A stretch of 64,000 nucleotides of DNA, from positions 77,626,001 to 77,690,000 of the forward strand of contig CM052817.1 of NCBI GenBank assembly GCA_028534125.1. The letters are read 5' to 3'. This DNA comes from Lama glama (taxonomy: Eukaryota). This document shows, piece after piece, positions 41,561 through 55,278 of the stretch (position 1 is the first letter of the stretch; each line of letters begins with the position of its first letter). The notes under the pieces were generated by a model that saw only the letters and a list, made by a program, of their open reading frames with translations, was not told the origin of the DNA and did no database searches. A program made the position numbers and the translations under genes.

Positions 41561-42494
41561 TCATTCGATACTCTGCTTTTCCCACCTGAAACTGTTGGTA
41601 GCTAGACGACAAAGAAAAGGTAAGGTGTTCTATGAAGCATACTAATGAGCTCCAAGCTATCAAATCACTAATACTGATTTTATCATCAAAAGAACACAAA
41701 GGATCCTGTGTACCACACTCTGATCCTGTGTATGATAGCTGAACCTTTTAAAAGCTCTTGGATTAATACCCTGTAGCATAAAATTCTTCCTTAAATCAAA
41801 CCTTTTCATTTTACTGTCAAAAACGTACCATATAATTAATAGTGAAAAAACAAATTGCAACCTACTTATAAATGGGATATTGACTAATTGCTAAAAATCC
41901 TTGGAACTACAAAGCACCGAGAGGCTGTGGTTTTCAGCCATAAATCCTAAATTCTCATCTATAACTTAGCATTTGCTACTAATGGAATCTATGATCAGTG
42001 GCAATTTTCTTCTTCTTCTGAGTTTCAATTTCTTCCTCTATAAAACAGGGAAAACACTGCCTGTTCTAACTTCTTCATGAAGTGCTAGGTGCTGTCGTCA
42101 GCAGGGTATATAAAATCAAGAATACTAAACTGGCCATCCAATTCCAGCTACAAGACCACACACAGATGTGTGACTGAACCAATCACAACTTCTCTGGAGT
42201 TCACTTTCCCTGATGTAGAAGCTCTTCATTGCAAAAATGGGCAGCTGTAATTAACAGGCCACAAAGGCCATGGAGATGCCTACAGTGGCTTACATCATCA
42301 ATAGGCCAGGAGGCAATGATTATGAGGTCAGTCAACTCTCATCTCTTTTTGCCCTTCAGTTTCCTCATTTTTAATTAGGGGAAAGATTTCTTACTCCTTT
42401 ACTCACCACACAGGGTTGATATATGAGTCCAGTTAGAAAATGCATGTGGAAGCACTTCAAAAATCTCTTCCATATATTTCAGATTTTGCTATCT

Positions 42495-43045
42495 CCTTGT
42501 TTTTGTTAAGGAAAAAGAAAGTGATTTTGTCCTAAAGCTGGCTATTTCTAAATGGGAAATAAAACAAGGGACAAATTAAAATGGACACAAAGTTGTAAAA
42601 GGTTCTTAAAAAGGGGGTGGTCTTTAAAAAGGAATTTTAAGTATGGTCAGGACTGGACAAGATTGAAATATGCTTAATTAAGTAAATGAGTTTTAATATA
42701 AAGAAATAAGCTGGTCAAATTAGAATTTTGATTTCTTTCTGTTAAAAGGACAAGTTTTTTTTTTTTCCCTTATTGGTCTGTTCTTGATAGTGACTGACTA
42801 TAAAGGGTTTTTCTTTGCCTTTGAGTAGTCTGCCTAGAAATAAAGGGGGGGAAAGATCTTATGTCTTGTCAAAGTGGTCACTAATGTACTGTGTAGTCCT
42901 CATTCAGTCTTTAATTACTTGAGTAAATCTAGACCTCACAATATTAAAACAGCTGGGTTTTGCTCAAAATTATATAACCTTCTATATTTGAAATTTTCAA
43001 TTGTCATTTTGGTTCAGTAAATAATTAAACATTGTTTCACATGGA
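42495..43045 (+). mobile_element. ERV1 (MER4/MER34-group) internal fragment
   Basis: AAAGTGATTTTGTCCTAAAG...TCTGTTAAAAGGACAAG...TTATTGGTCTG...CTGCCTAGAAATAAAG resembles MER4-group internal sequence. Confidence 0.6.
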
Positions 43046-46000
43046 TCTAAATATGTATGTATTTCACTATCTCCTATACCCTTAGTACTTACTCCAATGG
43101 AGATGTGGGACTAGATAAGAAGCAATGGCTGTTCAATTTCTCATAAAGTTACAGCCCAGAGAACCAGAGAAAGTGAGGAGGGGAAGGTCGTGTTCCTACT
43201 GGTACAAGCCCACAGGCTGAGGGGGCCTATCAGGGTTTGGCAATAGGCTGGCTACTGCACCCTGAGCATTCGAAGTCCTTGGCAAAGAAAATACTGCAGA
43301 CTGTCATTCTTTATGGAATCCCACTAAGTTTTCCCTCCAAAAAGAAGAGTTACGGCATAACTCTATGTAAGTTACATTCTAGCCATTTGAGCAAAAAGAA
43401 TGAAATGGATGCAACTTCCCCAAAGGTATTTTACCCTCTGCTACAAGCACTGATAACTCAGACTGTGCTTTCATGTATAAGTAAGTCCTTGCTAACTTCC
43501 CTGCAATCAAAAGCAGAGTGGCCCTCTTGAAGCCTTTGAGTTGACTTAACTTTTACAAGGCTGTTAATGAAAGACAACAGGCCCTTGATGCTTGAAATAA
43601 AGACATGGCCAAGGGAAATACAATGAAAACTGATGCCAAGAATTTATAATCGATGACAAGACCCTGATGTTTAACATCCCATCCAGATCATTCCTTCTCT
43701 CCTTACTAAAGTCTGTTTTATGGTCCTCTAGTCAGTTATTTCCTTCCGTCTTTTATTACACACAACATTTCTTACCTCATAAATAATTGTATTATACACC
43801 TTTTTTAAACTGGTAAATTAGATTTGACTCTGTTTTTAAACTTTTACAATATGTCTTAAAATAACTGGAGGAACCCTAGAGAGTACCAAAATCACTGCTG
43901 AGAGTCACTCCTCTCAGGTAACATGAATGTGAACACCATCTGTGGTTTCAAACTTGTAGATAGGTAGATGCTGCTCAGGGCTCACTGATGGGCTCCCCAC
44001 ACTGAGCAAGTAGAGCACCCAAAATACTGATATTAGATAGCAGGAAGTAAAGCCAACTGAAAGTTGGTATTAAAAAAAAAAACAACTTCCCATGAGTTAT
44101 CATAAATGTGAGTTGAATTTTAAATCTCGTATCTTTTAAAATGATACAGTTTATTGTCTTAATATTTCTACTCTTGCAGCTCAAACTGCACATGCAATGA
44201 TGACTTAATATAAAAATCAGTGTCATGAGGAATAATGTTTACCATATTTTGATTTCCTGAGGATTCTTTATAGCACTCACAACACTGCACCCTTCAAGAC
44301 GACATGCCTAGGTGGGTGGAGTGCCCTACAAAACTAAATGAGTTCATGCACTCAAAAGGCCAGGCAGTCAGGGTCTAGCAGCTGCTGCAGGAAAAGGCTG
44401 GGCTTGACATTTCCAGTGTCGGACATTTTGGGTCTGTAGTAATACACAGAGGGAAGAACAAATTCATTCGTTCAAAAAAAAAAAAAAGAATTGAAGGAAT
44501 TAGGAGGTGAATTGTCATTTTGTACAATGGCTGTAGCGGGGAGTTTATCTTACTAAATTATATATGTGGCAGAAATAAAGTGCTATATATTTCATACTAC
44601 ACATCCTGTGTGCTCCTATTTTTAGAGAAGGTGAAGAAAAGTGTATCATTCTTAAAATGAAAAATAATTAAGTTAATGATTAAATTTAATGGTACCAAGC
44701 TAGTAACACCTTTTTAATGAATATTTAAGTTGGTTTAAATCTATATGATTAGCAAAAGGGATACACACACACGCCTGTGTCCACAGGGGCTCCATGCAGC
44801 AACAATTTTACTTTCTACCAAAGTTGAACTGCTCACTCATCTTAGGCAATGAATATTAAAAAAAAAAAAAGCCTTAAAATATATATTCAATACTCCAGAT
44901 GCCTTGAAAGGGAAAAATAATTAAAATACTTTGTCTAGGTTTTATAGATGATTTCTTGGCATCTAGAAGAGTAGTGAAAAGAAAACAAAAAATTTACGAA
45001 AAATGAAAAAGTAAAATTCTGATATAAACATAATAATTCTCATGAGTTAAAAATATAATCAAATAAAACCTACTTGTAGAGCAACTAGTTTAATGTGTTT
45101 TGTAGTCTTGCCTAAAATAATATATCAGAATAAAAATTCTTTGAATATATACTATACTTACAGTATTTCTGTTCTAATACTAAAAATATAATTGTAACAG
45201 TCTAGTACCTAAATTTTCAGCCACTCTCTTTTAAAATGTCATTTCAAAGTTCCCAATTTTCATACTCTAAAATTATATATGGAAACAAAACTCACTTGGG
45301 CAAAGTCTCTAAGCCCATCATTTAGCAATGTGCTTGTACATAAAGAGGCCCTAGGAGAAACTTTAAAGTCTTCCTGAGTTAAATTCCTCATGATATTAAA
45401 TCTATGAGCCTTCGTTTTGCTTCCATTAATACTGATACTGCACTCTAGTAGAGAATGGTGGTTAATGGCCCTATGTGGAACAGACTTAGGCTACAATCCC
45501 AGAGCTTCTCCTTTCTAAGAATAAGACCTCAGATGCATTACTTACTTTCTTTATAAAATGGAGATAATGGCATTAATCCTCATAGGGTTTCTAAGAAAAT
45601 TACGGAAAATGATGCCAATAAAGTGATAACATACAGTCTGGTACACAGTATTTAATATGAGATAGTTACTGTTTTTAAGTTAATCGAACATTAACTGGAG
45701 TATATTTTCAAAAGTGATTAAGTGATTAATTTTTTTGTAAAAATACAAAGAATTTATTCATGAGTTTCTACAGAATAACTAGATGTTAGCCATTTGATTA
45801 ACTGGCTCCTAATTTAAAGCACTAATTTCTCTACAGAAACACTTGCAGAAAAAAAAGTTGTTTTAACGTTAGTAATTTTTCAAATTAGAACTGAAAAACC
45901 ATAGGCTCCCTAGACCAATAACTATACTCAAATATGACATAATTTTCTGAATATTAAGAGCTGAACATTTAGTTGAGAAGAATCAATGCTAGAACATAAC

Positions 46001-47364
46001 TTGTTTTTCTACTACTACTCAGAAATTTTTTAAAAAGTAATTTATAAAATGAGGGATGATTTTTTTCAAGATGTCAAACATTTTTAAGTGTGATAAAGTA
46101 TACAACTAATCACCGATGATGACAATCATAGCAATATTTCATAATAACCATAATTATAAACTGAAGAGTGGTTTTAATACTTGATAAAACAATACTTTAA
46201 CACTCTGCTATAGGAGATTTGGGGATGAAAGTTGGTCCATTTTAGTTCCTACCCAAGGGAACTTCCTTGGGGAAATTCTGTAAGTAGGTTGATACCTGGA
46301 CCTCGAGGATGCTACCCTTGAGTGGTAGCATTTGGAGAGATTTGAAGGATGCCACAAACAAAACAGAGTAAAAAGGTACAGGCCCTGAATGAGCCACAAA
46401 ACACAATGCATGATCATGTTTTTGAGTCTTCTATTAAAACATCACCCCTTTTTCTTTCTCTCTAGTCTTTTTAATGTGAATTAACCCCTAAATCCAGAAT
46501 TACAAAGAGCATACTAATTTCCTGTCTGAAAAGGGATCATTGATAACTTATTTAGAAGTGGGCTAAAATTATCTGCAGGAAACACAAACAAAAAATAGTT
46601 CACATAAAATATAATGTTAGATATTTTTCCTGCTCTTGGATCCTAATTTTACACAGTTTTAATTGTGGTGTTTGTATAACTTGACCTGGAGCCACTACTC
46701 GTAATTGGAAAACACTTAGAGAAGGAAACTGTTCAATCTAAGAAGCTGATATTCTGCTCTCTGGGTGAGAATCAAGAATGCTTAGAACTGAAAGAAATTT
46801 TTAAACTCATTTATGAATTTCTCTGTCTTGATTTCTCACTCCCTCCCATCTCTCATTTTAAAGCCAAGTTTTATTAACCCAAGCCGGCCACAAAGCTGGG
46901 AACACAATCAGGAGGTCTGGACTCCATTCCAATTCCCTTTCCAGTACCTCACACAATCCACAAAAGGTTCTCTTCAAAACATTAATAAAAATTCATCTGA
47001 AAAATGAGAAGGTCACAAAGTCTATTAAATCCCTGTTCTGTTGTTCTAATTCTCACTTATCAGAATAAGGGAATGACTCTCAAAGTCTGCACTTACATTT
47101 AAGACACTGATGATTCTCAAGGTAAAATAAATAGTAACCTACTGAAAATCACTCTAAAAAAAGTTAGGGAAATATGCATTATTTCCTTTTAATTTCTTAA
47201 GAACCCTAGAAGTAAATGCTATCATTTCCATTTTATAGACAAAGTAAATAAAGTACCTAAGGTCATACTCTTAGAAAGAAGTAGCTCTGGGGTTGAAGCT
47301 TAAATCTGTCCTATCTGAGGCCCTTACCCACCATAAATAGAAATAAATTTTAAACGGTTCAAAA

Positions 47365-47560
47365 CAGTGGCTCCCAACCAAACAGTGGTGCCAGTCTTTG
47401 GGAAGCATTTAGAAATATGTGTCACAATGATTGGGGTGCAGTGTCAGTGTCTGGGGCACAGGGATGTTAAATATCCTACAACATGGTAAACAGCTTCTCA
47501 CAACAACAAGAAGTGACACCACCAAATGCCAAAGAGCATCCAATTTAAGAAGCATTGGTT
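47365..47560. mobile_element. MER20-like hAT-Charlie element
   Basis: CAGTGGCTCCCAACC...GTCACAATGATTGGGG...CAGGGATGTTAAATATCCTACA. Confidence 0.6.
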
Positions 47561-48649
47561 TAGATGAATAAAAGATTAACACACTGTAACAGGGTATTAA
47601 ATGACACAGGGGAGGTCTGGGGCACCTCCAAGTAATTCTGCCAATAATCTCTATTCTGATGCTACAGTGAGTAGTTCACTTGCTTCTGTCATGGACTGGA
47701 AACAAACACTACCTAAAGTTACTTAATATTGTGAGATTTCTCCAGCTCTGAAACATGAGACAAAATATATTGGGACAAAATATAAATAAAATGCAGAACT
47801 GTTTCATACGGTTTTACATTCAAATTTGAGAGTTGTAAGTGACATGTTTTGTAATTTTCCATGCATGTACAATCACGTATAAAAAATGTTCCTTAAAGGA
47901 AACCTACTTACATCTGAAAGAAAACACACTAACCAAAATCTATGCTGTAAATATATAAACTGATTTGTGTTGCAATTTAGATATGGGAGAGACTGGACTG
48001 GACTGGCAAGTCTCAACTGAGGTATGAGAAGCCCTAAGAGTCCAAAGCAAGTATGTTTTGAATGTGTATACTGTTTCTATGAAAATGTTTTAATTTTGTG
48101 TTTTTATAGTAATACAATTAAAACCAAAAAAGGTGGAAGAAGTATACCTTATTACTGGGATGACCACCTTATAACCAAATATTATCCTGCAATTTTAGCG
48201 GTCAGGTTTATATTTGTGTTACACTGCCGCCCAACGGTTCTGGAATAAAGAGAAAATAAAAGAGGTAGACTTGATATGCAAATATGCTTTCAAGCCAAAT
48301 AAAACCCAAAATCTGGTATGCTGTGTTATAGGAATAAAAGTTTCATGACTGTTAAGAGACCCAGTGGGAGAAATGAATCATCACAGGGCAACTGCAGCAA
48401 AGGCAAGCTGATCTCACCAGACCCACACTGGGTAGTCGGGGCCATATTCACTCTGCAAGGATGATTTAATGAATGCTGTCAATTTGCATTCGGCTAGAGT
48501 TTTATCAATTTATTCGTAACTAACTTATACATTTATTTTGGCATTACAGTTGCATAAATGCTATAACTATGATTAAATTATACCTACTCTTAAGAATTCC
48601 ACATTTAAATAACATTAAAATAAAACAAAGTCAATACTAAATATGGCAG

Positions 48650-49192
48650 ATATCTGGAACTTCTGGGTGTGCTCACATCACTTTCTTTTGGAACTCCTCC
48701 CCCAACCCAGTGACATCACACTATGGGTTACCTGCCCCAGTAAGGCAGTAAGACAACCCTATTCTTCCAGACACAATGATTGGTCCAGAGCAGGGAAGTG
48801 ATACAAGGCCAAAATAATTTTGAGAGGATTGATATAGATATGGTACTTCTCAAACATCAGAAGTCTAAGATCCACATAAACTTGCAAGAAACCTTTCTAG
48901 TACATAAAGAAAGCATGCAGGAGATAAAGTCAACAAAAAATAGGGCCAAAAGGATAGATGGATGAATGGATGGACAGGAGGAAGGAAGAAAGGATGGATG
49001 GATGGACTGAAGGAAGGACAGACAGATTAGACAGATCTATAGACAGAAAGACAGAATCTTGACAAAATTATTTCATCAGCTGAATTTCATATCCACGTCA
49101 ATCCCCCAGGCTCGTCAATTATGTGAGTCAATTTTATATGAGTTCAGTTGGGTTTCTGTCAATTGCGACCAAAAACTTTCTCACTAAGATAC
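48650..49192 (+). mobile_element. LTR16-like ERVL LTR with internal (GGAT/GGAA/GACA)n tract
   Basis: ATGATTGGTCCAG...; 3' GTTGGGTTTCTGTCAATTGCGACCAAAA...CTAAGATA; simple repeat at 48950-49055. Confidence 0.6.
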
Positions 49193-52100
49193 TGGAGATC
49201 AATAAGAATGTCTTTCTTTAATAGGGGAACATCACTTCAGTTTGAGAAACATAGGATTACATAATCCCCTCCAACTCTAAAGTTCAAAGATTCTGTGTGT
49301 GTGTGTTATAATTATTTCATCAGCCTAAAAGGTCATGATCTTTTCTCTTCTTATAGCCTCAGCACAGTTATTCAACAGAAACTATTTTTAAAAAAAATAG
49401 TTATCACTAGGGATATAATAATCAGATGGGGAACCCTTTTCTCCCAAGTTTACATGTAATGAAATTATTCAGAGAAGACAGTTTGCAAGAAGTTAATCTT
49501 ACTTTATAATTCAGAATCAAGGGAAATGTCTCAAAGAATACAGAAACTAACAGTGGCACCTAAGACTTTAAAAAGCATGTTCACTACAAACTACAAATAG
49601 GGGATATGAATATATATATATCTTTAAAGGCTTCTTAGAATATTTATCAGAATCATTCTTATAAACTTACTACTCAGTCTGCTTTACCTGCCTTAAATTT
49701 CCTTGGCAAAAGACACAAATTCCTACCAGTTAGAGAAAATGAATAAAGCACTTACACCATGAAAAAAAATGATTCAAAATAAAATGAGAATACCAAGTCA
49801 ATAAATAACAGTACAGAGCTAAATATCAAATGAATGACTCATGTGGAAAAAGTTTCTTCAATTTTTATTCTTAGGTATGTACTTCACAGGCATTTTTTTT
49901 TTTAAACTAAGAACCAGATATAAGAGATATTTCCAAGGCTACATCAGTCAGCTATAACGCTAGTCAACTCAATCTATATCTGTCCAGCTAAACTAATTTC
50001 ACAGAAATCCTGCAAAGTCAATATCTAGTCTGCATCCTAAATTCAAAAATTAAGTCATTTTTTAACCTTTCAATATCAATCAACTCAGTGATTTATTTAA
50101 TTGCCCTCAGTCCCTACTAAAGACTTTTATACTAGGAAGAGTTTCTATTCTACAATCAACCCTGTGAACAAAGAACAAATCTAACTCAACACAACAGTTA
50201 CAGGTTTAATGAATTGTTAGACTGAAAACTATTCTGGGGATAAACTAATAAATACCAAGCAGTCTTTTTTTTTAAGCCTTTTCAATTATGAAAAAAAAAA
50301 TTCCCAAGCATTATTAAAATGTACTAGGAAGTTCAAGCAATTTTCAGTTAATTTGCATTTTCAAATCTAGAGGAAGGGACGCATCCTAGTAAGACATATT
50401 CTCTGCAATCAGTAAGGGCAAAGGTACAAGCTTTACCTATCCAACTTGAAAGCACTTCCAAAGATTTTCAAAGAAATGATATGAAACCAGACTCAAATCA
50501 TTTCTTTAGGTGGAACTATTTAAAAAGGAAATTTTGTTGCACAGTATAATCAAAAGGCTAAAAATCTGCTCATCCTTAGGTGCTGAAGATGATATTATGA
50601 AAATATTGGCAAGTTCTACAAATCTTCAGATCACAAACAAAAAAAAAAAGCTACTGAATTGTACCACAAGCCTATTTAAGTTTATGTTATACTAAGCAAA
50701 TAGATTTACTTTGAGATATCTATGCCTAATTGCCACTGCATTAATTCTACCACAGTTTTGGGAATCATTATTTTGTAAGATGGGCTCTGAACTGGATCTG
50801 AATACAAAACTTTGAGAACACTAGTGACAGATGAGCAATGAGAAACATCATTTCAGAGACTCCTGTGGATTTTTCCAGATTCAATCCTATCCAAATTCAA
50901 TCCACATGAGCACTTCTAGGGCACTAAAAAAGTTACCTTAGAACTAGCTATATAAACCCTGATTATACGTAATACAAGGATAAAAGGACATTATTGCACC
51001 AGAATTACCATAATAAAAATATTAGAAATAGTATCAAAGTCAGACTGAGCCAATACCCACAGGGTTTTATTACCTTCAACACTAGCGACTACTTAACAAA
51101 ATATGCTTAACAAACCTTTTGTCTGAAAACTGTGAAAAGTTTATATTCCTATATGATGACCAAAAAATTTTAAGACTGAATAGCAATATTTATTTTACAC
51201 CCATCATCTGATTTGAAGATAAATATCTTGCAAATAAAAACATTACAGCTTTTAGAGATGAGAAAAAAACTATGGGGAAAAAAAAAAAGAAAGAAAGAAT
51301 CCCAAACACATGACCCGGAACATCAACTAATTCACTACAGCTTTGCAGTGTCAAATAAAAAGTCTATCATAGAAAAACTACATGGGAGTGTAAAACTTCT
51401 GTTTCTGGACTTTGACCCAAGCAGTCATAAAAAGCTGTCCTCACTTACTATCTCCTATTTCCAGTATATGCCAAATATTCTCAAGCTTTTGCCTAGTACA
51501 AAACAAAAGCAACAAAGTCAATCATATTACCCCTATAATACTAAATGATCTAAAACATTGCCCATAATCACAAAGCTGATTAGAAACTAATGAAAGGGAA
51601 ATTATTCTAATAAGATGTCAAGAATAACAACAGATGTTAAAGTGGCATCAGCAAGAGAAAGGCTTCATCTCTGAATGCTTGAGCATTAAAGCCCTTAATG
51701 AATACAGCATCTCAAGCCTGAGGACTGCAAAATTTTCTACAATGGCAAGGGTGGGAGTTTTCCATAGGTTGTAGTTTCCAGCCTCAAACTGATTTATATG
51801 CCAATTGCTTATGCAATGAATTGTTCAACTGACACTCAAATTTACTTAAACAGGTTGTGATTGCTGAAAAGCACCTATTTTTGTGCTTCACACTATAGCT
51901 TTTAGGCAGGTGCTTAGCTCTGTCTTTGAAGGTAATTTTGGAAACAATGTGCAAACAATGTAACATAGTGGTAATAATTGCTTTAAGGCCAATCAAAATT
52001 CACAGGTGTTTAAATGAAAGTTTAGGAATGCCAGAACTTTCCTTCCATTCAATGACTACTGAGTGCATATGATTCAGTCTGGAGGTAGGGATAGAGAAGC

Positions 52101-53717
52101 GTGCATGAATATTAAACAATAATTAAATCAAATAATGTAGAAATGGTTCTATCAATGAGCCTGTTCATAGGCACAGATGGCCAGTCTAAGTGAATTCAAA
52201 TTTATTTTAAATCTTAAAACATGCCAAATGCCTCTACACAAATATTCTGTTTCATGGGCTTTCTGAATCACATGCAGTATTCATTTTACACATACAAAAT
52301 ACAACAAAAGAGAAAAAAGCAAAGTAATGCCAGTTTCTTGTTAAAAACAAAACAAAACAAAACTCAGCTGTAAAGCTAAAGTGTATGCAATAAGTTTACC
52401 ACAATCATGTGAATCACACTGGGTTTAGCAGTTTCACGTTTTTATAATCAACTAATGTCCAATTTCTCATTCTTATTTTAAGTCTCCAGTTAATGCCACC
52501 AAATATAAGCTCAAACTGCAATATTGTTTCTTGAAGAAACCTCTGGCTGCACACAAGCCTTAGATTATATTCTTTATACTGACAACTTTCATTACTTTAT
52601 ACCTTCTAAAATTGAGGGCCTGCACAACTCTTGAATATCTTACACTTTCATTTTCCAACTTGTACGCAACATAAACTCTTCAGAAACACACATATATATC
52701 ATAGAAAGCATTCGGCCTATTGTCAACATTAACTATAACATAAAAACCCTAAGTGAAGAAAAAGCCTTCAATAGAGTCTCAGCTGATCTAAATTTTACAC
52801 TAAGCAGTGTAATTTTGAAAATTGGGATTTTAATCCTATTCTATTTGGAAGAAAAAATAATGTGAAAAGAAATGTAACTTAACTATTTCAATTTATTTTC
52901 AGAAAAAAGTTATATTTAAAGTTTTGGCAGGCTCTGAAAGTGAAATGTTTTTATGTGAGTTAAAAACTACCGCCGATCTCAAATTTATGTCTTCAAAGGG
53001 AGAGGGGAGAAAAAAGAAAAAGGACATTTATCCTAATTTTATTTTAAAACAAATAATTTTGTTCTTTCTTAATAATCTGCCTAAGGAACATCCCCCACAC
53101 TTAAAAAAATCAGCCCAGTTCCCCTGCCCACTCCCCATTCTATGCGCTATAATTCAATAAGGGCAGAAGGGTGGAATTGTGAAAGAGTGAAAGGAAACTG
53201 GGGACTGATGGCCTCGGAGGAGGTAACCTCTAAAAAACTGTTGGTCCCCAGCAATCGATAATTCCAGACTTAGATGGTCTTAGTGCCTCCCCATAAACTC
53301 GCTGAAAAGTACCCTTTGAAAAGAAACCACTTTCCATTCAGGGTTTATCCTCTGGTGGCTCCAGATTTAGTATTTTAACGGAAGGCGAAAGCGGGGAAGA
53401 GGATTTTAAAAGGAAGGCGAAATAATTAAACAGAAGAGATAAGATTTGTCCCGAACCCATCGTCTCGGTTAACCCTCCCCCCGAAAGTGATCAAATCAAC
53501 ACCAACTCTGAACGCTCGATAGGAGAAACAGAGTTAAAGAGTCCTATGTAAGACTTCAAAGCAATACATCCGCAAGAGGAAAGGAAAACAAAAATAACAT
53601 AGAGTCTATTTTCAATGAAGCATTGCTCCGTCGGTGTGACGCGGGCGCTACCAATCAGCACCCGGCCCCCACCGCACCCCTGGGGAAAGTGGGAAAGGGG
53701 GATGCTGAAGGAAGTAC

Positions 53718-53743
53718 CTTGTCTTGTCTCCAAAAGGCAACAT
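53718..53743 (-). CDS. PDE5A: PDE5A alternative first coding exon, isoform A2 (MLPFGDKT + AG)
   Basis: Minus strand reads ATG TTG CCT TTT GGA GAC AAG ACA AG|GTACTT, giving MLPFGDKTR, the known PDE5A2 N-terminus; phase 2, in frame with exon 2. Confidence 0.93.
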
Positions 53744-54592
53744 AGCAAAGGTGGGAAGTTCGTAGTGTAGATCATGCGGCCTCGGCGGACCCTAGACTCC
53801 GAGGGCGACGACGCGCCCAGGTGAGGCTGGCGACTCGAAGCCGGTTCCTCTACCGCCCCCGCCGTAGCGCCACCGCCCGCTGCTGCCCACTTGCCCCGCG
53901 CTGCGCCGCCCCCTGGCGGGGAGCGCCCGGCTGAGCCGCGGCCGCGCGCCGGCGGGTGGGAGCCCAGCTCCGAGCCCCGGCCGGCTCCTCCACCATCACC
54001 TCCCCGCGTGCGTCTCCCTCCCCGGCCGAGGCGGCCAGCGCCAGCTACCCGAAGGCTGCTGCCGGGGGCCGGCGACGGCGAGGTTCCGGCCCTTTCTCCA
54101 AAGGCGTGCGTCCGGGAGTCAGCCCGAGTCCACGCGCAGCAGCCTTGCCCTCGCGCCGGCTTCGCACCAACTCCTCAGGCTAGTAGGCACCCGCCCGCCA
54201 CTCACTCTCCACCCCACCCTCCTACTCCCTCGGCTTCAGTCTCAATTCTTCTCCAACTCTCCCGCGAGCGTTTCCCACGCGCGCTCCGACTGCCCCCTGC
54301 GCCGCCGCCTCCCAAAGGACAGGCTCCCTCCTCCCCGCCCTCTGCAACGACCGCCCCGGCGCTTGGCTCCGGATCAGGAGGAGCTGGCCTCTGGGGTCGC
54401 CTCGGGCCACGCGGGTCCTGACACCTCTCGGGGTCTGCTCCCCGCCAAGCCTCCCCGGTGTCCTTTGTGTGCGCGCCGCAAACCCCTCCGCGTAGCCTGT
54501 TCCGAGGCGCCGCCTTGCGCGCAAAAGCGAAGGAAAGGAGGAGCGCGGGACAATCAGGGGACTGCAGGGGGGCAAAAGGCGACAGCACTCAC

Positions 54593-54670
54593 TCTGGGAA
54601 GGTTCCGGCATGTTGCTGCCTTAGGGCTTCCCTGTGGTCTCGCCCCCACCCGAGCTTCCCCGCCCCTCCA
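54593..54670 (-). other. PDE5A: Putative PDE5A3-type alternative first exon (5' boundary approximate; main ORF would start at the exon 2 Met)
   Basis: Donor AGA|GTGAGT at 54592, lying between A1 and A2 in the CpG island, where human PDE5A3 has its first exon. Confidence 0.6.
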
Positions 54671-55156
54671 GGGCCGGGGCAAAAGGGGACGGGGGGAGGA
54701 GCGCAGCTGCAGGGACCGCGTTGGAAATGGTGCTTCCGGAGCTGCAGGGAAGGGGCTCAAAAACTGTTTTGGTTTCGCTAAGAAGATTTAGGGAAACCAG
54801 GATGCTAGAGAAGGGCCAGAGGAAGGCCCGTGAACGCGGACATATGAAAATAATCTTACTCCCAGAGAATATCAGGACTGCCGGGGTGGGGGTGGGGGGG
54901 TCGGCACGTACATAACTTGTATTTGAACTTTGTGACCAAGTTGGATCGTATCCGACTCTTGGGTTTTTGGACTGTACTCGCCTAAAAGTCGAGGTCTCTA
55001 CACCGTAACAGGATCAAGGACCTACTTCAAAAGCAAAGGGCCTGGGAGCCGAGGCTGTTTAATGGTTAACGAAAGGGAAAAACCAATAGGGTAGGGAGAC
55101 CAGCCCCAAGTCACGCTCCCAGCCCAGGCCGGGTCTTCCGTGGGTCCTCTTCTTAC

Positions 55157-55278
55157 CTGGTGGCTTTCCTAACAAAGTAAGAAGAGGTAAAGTCCCAGTG
55201 ATCGTCCAGCCACGCTTCTACGGAGTCCCGGTCCCATTGCTGCTGCGGGCGCGCGGAGCCGGGGCCGGCCGGCTCCAT
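55157..55278 (-). CDS. PDE5A: PDE5A first coding exon, isoform A1 ([40 protein letters not shown] + AG)
   Basis: Translation matches the PDE5A1 N-terminus ([20 protein letters not shown]); ATG in good Kozak context (CTGATCATGG); donor CAG|GTAAGA at 55156; 122 nt, phase 2, joins exon 2 in frame. Confidence 0.97.

Noticed and set aside
53891..54915. Several 100-176 aa Pro/Arg/Gly-rich ORFs on both strands
   Set aside because: Expected in stop-poor CpG island sequence; no recognisable domain.
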